Positions 47,826 to 53,159 of a stretch of DNA of 53,159 nt are shown piece by piece. The stretch comes from an uncultured bacterium (GTDB lineage Bacteria; CSSED10-310; CAZUFC01), in assembly GCA_964619725.1 (NCBI GenBank), contig CAZUFC010000046.1, forward strand, positions 1 to 53,159, in the 5' to 3' direction. Position 1 is the stretch's first letter; every line of letters starts with the position of its first letter. Under the pieces are notes generated by a model that was given only the letters and a program-made list of their open reading frames with translations, searched no databases and had not been told where the DNA came from. The position numbers and the translations under genes are program-made.

Positions 47826-49187
47826 ATGACTCCATCAGTAAATGAAGCAAACAAAGAATTAATAAGCCTGTTGAAAAGACATAAAAGCCCTGAAAAATTA
47901 CACGATTTCGTCAACGAAGAAATGACGACCCGTGGAGGCGCTTTCACCCGTGGCGGCATGCCGGTTTACGTCAAACCTTATTTCATCGACATGAACCTGG
48001 CGACCCTGATCAAAAAGGGTTCTGAAAAGTTGATCACGGCCATAAACAAGGTCCTTGATTTATTTTACGACGATCCTGAAATCTACGGTCTTTTCAAACT
48101 GACAAACGAGGAACGGGAGCTGACGGAGATTGATCCCGGATTCCCGGTGACCGTACAAGTTTCCAGAAATGATGCTTTTATCTCTTCAAACAACGTGCAT
48201 TTTCTGGAAGTTAACGCGGACAGTCCCGTCGGCGTTATGTACACGGACATACATACCGGGATTATCGAAGGATTGCCGTTCTGGGAAGAAATGAAATCCC
48301 GTTTCGATATTGAAAGCGAAATCATTATGCCCCGGTTGCTTTCTACTCTAATCAACGCCTACAGGGCCGCAGGCGGAAAAAAAGATAAGCCGGTCATCAC
48401 CCTCTCGGCAGGTAAAGGATCGGGAACAAAACCGGAATTTATGGCTATTACAGATTATTTCCAGGCTGCAGGATTTACGACTGTTTATAATGAGTTGTGG
48501 AACTGGGAATACGACGGAAAAAATCTTATCGCTCCGGACGGAACAAAACCGGACATGATTTATCGTCGAGGCACCATTTCCGACTGGATCGAATTTGCCG
48601 ATGAAATAAAACCGGTCATAAAAGCCCTCAAAGATAAAAACGTAGTCATGGTTAATCCCTTCCGCTCCAAAATGGCTTCCCAGAAATCGATACTGCATAT
48701 TCTTCAACTGGAAAAAATTCAGAAAGCGCTTTCCGCTGAAGAATGTCGATTTATCGCAAAGACCATACCCTGGACGAGAATTATGACCGAAACAATGTGC
48801 CTGTATGACGGGCGAACAATAGACCTCTATCCTTACATAAGGAAAAACCGGTCAGAGTTTGTTCTGAAACCCGTCAACTCATTCGGAGGAAAAGATGTCT
48901 GTATCGGAAGAGAAGCTGCTGAATCGGAATGGGACGCTGCGCTGGAACAAACAAAGAAGTTCGATTTCGTGGTCCAGAAATACATCGAAACCCCGGAAGA
49001 AATCTTTCCCATTCCAGAACCGCGGATGAGTATGAAAGCGAAAAAAATCAACGCCAATTTTTACGTATGCGGCGGCGACTATGCCGGCGGCGTGGCGCGC
49101 ACTTCAGATTCATCGATTATCAACGTCTCCAGGGGCGGCGGTATGACGACGATTATGTTTGTTAAAAAGAAGGAAAATCGCGACTGA
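47826..49187 (+). CDS. Circularly permuted ATP-grasp (type 2)/glutathionylspermidine-synthase-like peptide ligase
   Basis: RNDAF...FLEVNADSP, VNPFRS, IPWTR, FVLKP...GGKDVCIG, VVQKYI, INVSRGGG. Confidence 0.8.
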   Translation: MTPSVNEANKELISLLKRHKSPEKLHDFVNEEMTTRGGAFTRGGMPVYVKPYFIDMNLATLIKKGSEKLITAINKVLDLFYDDPEIYGLFKLTNEERELTEIDPGFPVTVQVSRNDAFISSNNVHFLEVNADSPVGVMYTDIHTGIIEGLPFWEEMKSRFDIESEIIMPRLLSTLINAYRAAGGKKDKPVITLSAGKGSGTKPEFMAITDYFQAAGFTTVYNELWNWEYDGKNLIAPDGTKPDMIYRRGTISDWIEFADEIKPVIKALKDKNVVMVNPFRSKMASQKSILHILQLEKIQKALSAEECRFIAKTIPWTRIMTETMCLYDGRTIDLYPYIRKNRSEFVLKPVNSFGGKDVCIGREAAESEWDAALEQTKKFDFVVQKYIETPEEIFPIPEPRMSMKAKKINANFYVCGGDYAGGVARTSDSSIINVSRGGGMTTIMFVKKKENRD

Positions 49188-49240
49188 TCAAATGGGGATG
49201 ACAATTTGCGCAAGCAAAAAAAACGGCGTATTGAATTCCC

Positions 49241-49383
49241 GGGACTGATCAAACCGGGGTTACACCTTATTCAAAACTTTTAACACTTTGGTTCAGTAAT
49301 CGGTATCGGTATCGAAATCGAAACAAAATGACGGCATTTTCTGTAGAATTATATTCTCAAAAGACGCTTTTTTGATCAATGCC
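49241..49383 (+). mobile_element. MITE family A copy A6 (about 4 hexamers, shortest)
   Basis: GGGACTGATCAAACCGGGGTTACAC...TTTTTTGATCAATGCC; no clear TSD; extra left-end fragment at 49180-49207. Confidence 0.85.
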
Positions 49384-49421
49384 CGTTATTCGTACTATTC
49401 CAACCGCCGGCCGCTCAAATA

Positions 49422-49520
49422 TTCCAACTATTATCAATCTTCCAAACGTCCATCGATCCAACCATCCAATTATCCATCCATCCATTCTTGCTTCCGTTCA
49501 TTATTCCACTCTTCCTCCAA
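49422..49520 (+). repeat. Degenerate 8-bp TCCA tandem repeat
   Basis: TCCAAACG TCCATCGA TCCAACCA TCCAATTA TCCATCCA TCCATTCT. Confidence 0.65.
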
Positions 49521-49621
49521 CCCCTTTTACTTCCCGGAAATTTAGTGTATATTGATTCAACCAGAGCAAATTTCTTCAAAAAAAAGAAGTCATTTGCTTT
49601 CCAAAACAAGGAGACCGGGCA

Positions 49622-50119
49622 ATGATTAACGCTTCAACGTCAGACAGTTCCTCCATGAGGGGTTTGTTGTCCTACATAAGAGGCGAGACTGGTCTGGATG
49701 AAGTTTTCGACGTTGATTCGGGCAGTCTTGAGCGAATGACGGAACTGACTTACCTTCTTTATCAGAACGGTAAATACGAACAGGCGTTGACTCTGTCCGG
49801 CGGGCTTATTTCCCTGAAACCGAAAAATGCTTATTTTCATCTTTTGCGAGCGGGAATACTCGATGCTATGGGTAAAACCGAAGAAGCCGTTGATGAGTAT
49901 GATGAAACCCTGGAACTGGACCCCCAGAACAAACCCGCTCTCGTCAATAAAGGTGAAATAATGCTGCGATGCGGGCGATTGGATGCAGCGGCTTATTGCC
50001 TGAAGCGAGCCATCTCGCTGGACGACGGCAAAGACCCCTGGCCGGACCGCGCCAGAGCATTGGCCGTAACGGCCGGGGAAACCCTTTCTTCTGAAATAAA
50101 AAAACTTGAAAACCTGTAA
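49622..50119 (+). CDS. TPR protein resembling SycD/LcrH-type chaperones
   Basis: 165 aa, three TPRs (YLLYQNGKYEQA, ALVNKGEIML), C-terminal KDPWPDRARAL; AAGGAG RBS. Confidence 0.7.
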   Translation: MINASTSDSSSMRGLLSYIRGETGLDEVFDVDSGSLERMTELTYLLYQNGKYEQALTLSGGLISLKPKNAYFHLLRAGILDAMGKTEEAVDEYDETLELDPQNKPALVNKGEIMLRCGRLDAAAYCLKRAISLDDGKDPWPDRARALAVTAGETLSSEIKKLENL

Positions 50120-50230
50120 GCGTTTCAATCTTCTTGCAAATTGCTGTCTCTAAATCTGCTTTTTTGATCAATGCCGTTTTTTAGGCGCTGATCAGATGTT
50201 GGTTCCAACTATTATTTTTTTCTTCTTCCA

Positions 50231-50434
50231 GGGACTGATCAAACCGGGGTTACACTGCTTTCAAAACTTTTTAAAATTTGTTTCAGCAATCGGTATCGCA
50301 ATCGGCATCGCAATCGCAATCGGTATCGGCATCGGGGTCGGTATCGCAATCGGTATCGCAATCGCAATCGGGATCGGAATGACAGGAAGTTTTGTCGAAT
50401 AGTATCCACAAAAGACGCTTTTTTGATCAATGTC
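50231..50434 (+). mobile_element. MITE family A copy A7 (about 15 hexamers)
   Basis: GGGACTGATCAAACCGGGGTTACAC...TTTTTTGATCAATGTC; CTTCTTC on both flanks; extra right-end fragment at 50138-50175. Confidence 0.85.
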
Positions 50435-50696
50435 CCTTCTTCTGATATCCCTGATGATCCCTGGGGTCCGCATTTTCTGCAGGCATATTACTTACCTTAA
50501 AAAACCTAAGCGTTTTGATCATCGTCGTTTTTCAAAGAGTATAATCATTTAAAAATTTTCCCCGGAACAAGAGGCAAAAAAATTTGATTTTCCCGCTTCA
50601 ATGTAATAAACAAGATGATTGGAGAGAGAAACTCTCCATAAGGGTAGGATTTGACGGACTTATGAGTTCACAGAATTCACAACAAAGGAGGCCAAT

Positions 50697-52436
50697 TTGA
50701 AACGGAGTATCGTATTGATGGTTCTATTGTCGGCCATTATCGGCGGAGCCGTATTTCTTGACGGTTTCAAGACGGTGGAAGCGGAACAGGCGCTGTTGAA
50801 GTCGGCGGAACCGATTGTAAGGGCGCAGTATCCGTCGAAACCGGGTGAATTGATCGTAAAATTCAATGATGCTGTTGAGGCAGGCAGGGTTGACGAAATT
50901 AACGAGCAGTTCGGCGCAAGAATCGTTAAACGATTCAGAATAACCGGCGCGTATCACATTGAATTACAGGATAAAGCGCGCACGTGGGAGATCATCAGGG
51001 CTTACAATGAATTGCCGGAAACGGAATACGCCGAACCGAATTATATTTATGAAGCATTTGTAATTCCCAACGATCCTTATTATTCGCAATTATGGGGAAT
51101 GGAGAAGATACAGGCGCCGGAGGCCTGGGACATTCAAACCGGAGATTCCTCGATTGTGGTGGCGGTAATCGACACCGGGCTGGACTATAATCACGAAGAT
51201 ATAATCGGCAACGTATGGCAGAATGCAGGGGAAATGCCGGACAACGGATATGACGATGACGGCAACGGTTATGTCGACGATGTAAGAGGCTGGAATTTCG
51301 TATCGAACAACAATAACCCCGACGACGACAACAATCACGGCACTCATTGTTCCGGCGTAATCGGCGCAGTCGGCGACAACTATACCGGAGTCGTAGGCGT
51401 TAACTGGAACGTAAAAGTTATGCCGTTGAAGTTCTTAAATGGTGGAGGTTCCGGAGACCTGGATGATGCCGTTTCAGCCATTGAATACGCCATTATAAAC
51501 GGCGCCGACGTTATGAGCAACAGTTGGGGCGGCGGCGGTTATTCACAGACTATGTATGACGCTATTTCCGCAGCGGATGACGAAGGCATTATTTTCGTCG
51601 CTGCAGCAGGCAACAGTTATACGAATACGGACAACAATCCCGCGTATCCGGCCTGCTACGACCTGGACAACATAATTTCCGTCGCAGCCACCACATCATC
51701 GGACGGAAAAGCTTACTTTTCCAATTACGGACTCGTAACAGTAGACCTGGGCGCGCCGGGTTCCGGCATCTACAGCACAGTAGCCGGCAACGGTTATTCA
51801 TCCATGGACGGCACATCAATGGCCTGTCCCCACGTTGCAGGCGCCTGCGCCATGGTCTGGGCCGAATTCCCGGACTTCACGCACGCTGAAGTCAAAGACA
51901 GAATACTCACATACGTCGATCTCATTTCATCAATGGCCGGAAAATGCGTGACCGGCGGCAGACTGAACCTCTACAGAGCCCTAATCGGCGGAGCCCCGAA
52001 TCCTACCCCTACGCCTGCTCCCACGCCGGGACCGGGTTTCTGCGCCGTCGCTGACATCGCCGGCAACACCTGGCTGGAAAATGACCTCAATAAATTGAGA
52101 ATTATAAGAGATGAACAGATATCCATGAGCGACAGAGGACAGGAATGGATTTACCAATATGAGATACATTCGCAAGAAATCGCTGAACTGGTCAATGATA
52201 ACCCCGATTACTACAGAAAAGCTCTTGTTCTGTTAAGCGCTGCAGTTAATCAAGCTCCCAGGGCAATCAAAGGCGAACCCATTGATGTTCCCGCAAAAGT
52301 GAAACGAAATGCGGAAAAGCTGATGGATCAAATTTCAACCAAGGCCAGTCCCGGACTGAAGCATTTCCTCCAGGACTGCGAAGACATCCTACAGAAAGCC
52401 GACGGCTCAACGGTCGAGGAGCTCTTCACCGACTGA
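50697..52436 (+). CDS. Secreted S8 subtilisin-like serine protease with prodomain, PT linker and CFI-box-CTERM-like domain
   Basis: Catalytic triad VIDTG / HGTHCSG / GTSMACPHVAG; AAAGN; C-term FCAV...LRIIRD...G..WI..Y..HS.EIA. Confidence 0.93.
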   Translation: MKRSIVLMVLLSAIIGGAVFLDGFKTVEAEQALLKSAEPIVRAQYPSKPGELIVKFNDAVEAGRVDEINEQFGARIVKRFRITGAYHIELQDKARTWEIIRAYNELPETEYAEPNYIYEAFVIPNDPYYSQLWGMEKIQAPEAWDIQTGDSSIVVAVIDTGLDYNHEDIIGNVWQNAGEMPDNGYDDDGNGYVDDVRGWNFVSNNNNPDDDNNHGTHCSGVIGAVGDNYTGVVGVNWNVKVMPLKFLNGGGSGDLDDAVSAIEYAIINGADVMSNSWGGGGYSQTMYDAISAADDEGIIFVAAAGNSYTNTDNNPAYPACYDLDNIISVAATTSSDGKAYFSNYGLVTVDLGAPGSGIYSTVAGNGYSSMDGTSMACPHVAGACAMVWAEFPDFTHAEVKDRILTYVDLISSMAGKCVTGGRLNLYRALIGGAPNPTPTPAPTPGPGFCAVADIAGNTWLENDLNKLRIIRDEQISMSDRGQEWIYQYEIHSQEIAELVNDNPDYYRKALVLLSAAVNQAPRAIKGEPIDVPAKVKRNAEKLMDQISTKASPGLKHFLQDCEDILQKADGSTVEELFTD

Positions 52437-52456
52437 GCCCACTGCTGAATAAATCG

Positions 52457-52494
52457 AAAAAGCTCCTGTTTCAAGTGAATCAGGAGCTTTTTTT
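52457..52494. terminator. Intrinsic terminator, probably bidirectional
   Basis: AAAAAGCTCCTG...CAGGAGCTTTTTTT. Confidence 0.8.
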
Positions 52495-52525
52495 GGCTTT
52501 GTTTATTGATTCTATAGGCATTGAT

Positions 52526-52760
52526 CAAAAATTCCATTTCTTTTTTGAGAAGGTAAATTTTCAGATGCCGGATGTTGCTTATAAGAATGCTTCTGCATCC
52601 AGACGTCCCTTAGGTCCCTTAGGTCCCTTAGGTCCCTTAGGTCCCTTACGTCCCTTATGTCTCTTTGTCCTTTTTTACTTTGTCCTTCATCATCAGGACC
52701 GTCCCCAGAATTCAATCACAGCATAATAGCCCCTGATATCGTTCACTTCTTCGTTCAGAA
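52526..52760. repeat. Dispersed repeat family C copy 2, containing about 7 GTCCCTTAG units; preceded by a family A TIR fragment (52517-52530)
   Basis: Homologous to 40786-40988. Confidence 0.8.
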
Positions 52761-52881
52761 ATCGGTAAATTCCTCAAATCAGACCCAAAAAATCAAACTG
52801 CTACAACCATAAACGTCCGCCAAGTCCGCTTATCCACAAACAAATTTTCAATTCCTCAAAAATAAATATCCCCCAAGCGAA

Positions 52882-53157
52882 TTAAATATGTCGCCGATGG
52901 CAGAAAAATATAAACCACCCGGCTATAACGAGAAGCAAAATCATCCCCGTTTCAGATAAAACCGGAATGGACGGAACTGCCGACGGAGAAGGAGTGGGAG
53001 AATGAGCGGGTTGATCGGTTGGAATTCCCGTAGGCGTCGAAGACGGACTCGATGTGGCGGAACAGGTGGGTGATCGTGTAAACGTGGGGCTCGGCGTCGG
53101 AGTCGGCGTTTCGGTGGCCGTTCTTGTCGGTGATATGGTCGGACTTTCCGTGGGAGA
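52882..53157 (-). CDS. 3' end of a secreted protein with Pro/Thr/Ser linker and IPTL-CTERM-like sorting signal (gene starts beyond the window)
   Basis: Manual translation ...[11 protein letters not shown]...[30 protein letters not shown]; absent from the ORF track. Confidence 0.8.
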   Translation of the reverse strand, partial: SPTESPTISPTRTATETPTPTPSPTFTRSPTCSATSSPSSTPTGIPTDQPAHSPTPSPSAVPSIPVLSETGMILLLVIAGWFIFFCHRRHI

Positions 53158-53159
53158 GA

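Noticed and set aside
52605-52666. Telomere-like repeat or LGP/RDL repeat peptide
   Set aside because: The 9-bp unit is internal to dispersed repeat C, is not at a replicon end, and the ORFs lack credible starts.

Overview
Bacterial chromosomal window, probably from an uncultured lineage; the taxon cannot be determined from sequence alone. Core and metabolic genes: alpha/beta hydrolase, sulfatase-like protein, osmC, cNMP-binding protein, B12 radical SAM enzyme, DUF296 protein, glgA, murA-murG, a BMP-type nucleoside ABC transporter, a circularly permuted ATP-grasp ligase and an S8 protease. An 11.5-kb Pfa/Hgl-like iterative type I PKS locus is present (ER-ER-KS-AT-ACP-KR; KS-AT-DH-PPTase; free ACP). 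Accessory or conflict modules: a decayed AAA_21-DUF4276 pair, an AAA_14/DUF4143 ATPase, a repeat-bounded AT-rich DUF488-DUF488-dual-OB operon and a phd-vapC pair. The most striking unannotated signal is intergenic. A high-copy non-autonomous element (family A; 7 full copies and about 7 fragments) has GGGACTGATCA...TGATCAATGCC ends, 8-bp target-site duplications in the best-preserved copies, a nested-hairpin architecture and a central NNNTCG hexamer array varying from 4 to about 33 units. A second MITE family (B) has 5-bp TSDs. Several 8-9-bp tandem-repeat families and GTAG-type REP hairpins stack in the same spacers. No transposase, integrase, CRISPR array, rRNA or tRNA was recognised. All family assignments come from motif recognition by eye, not database searches.
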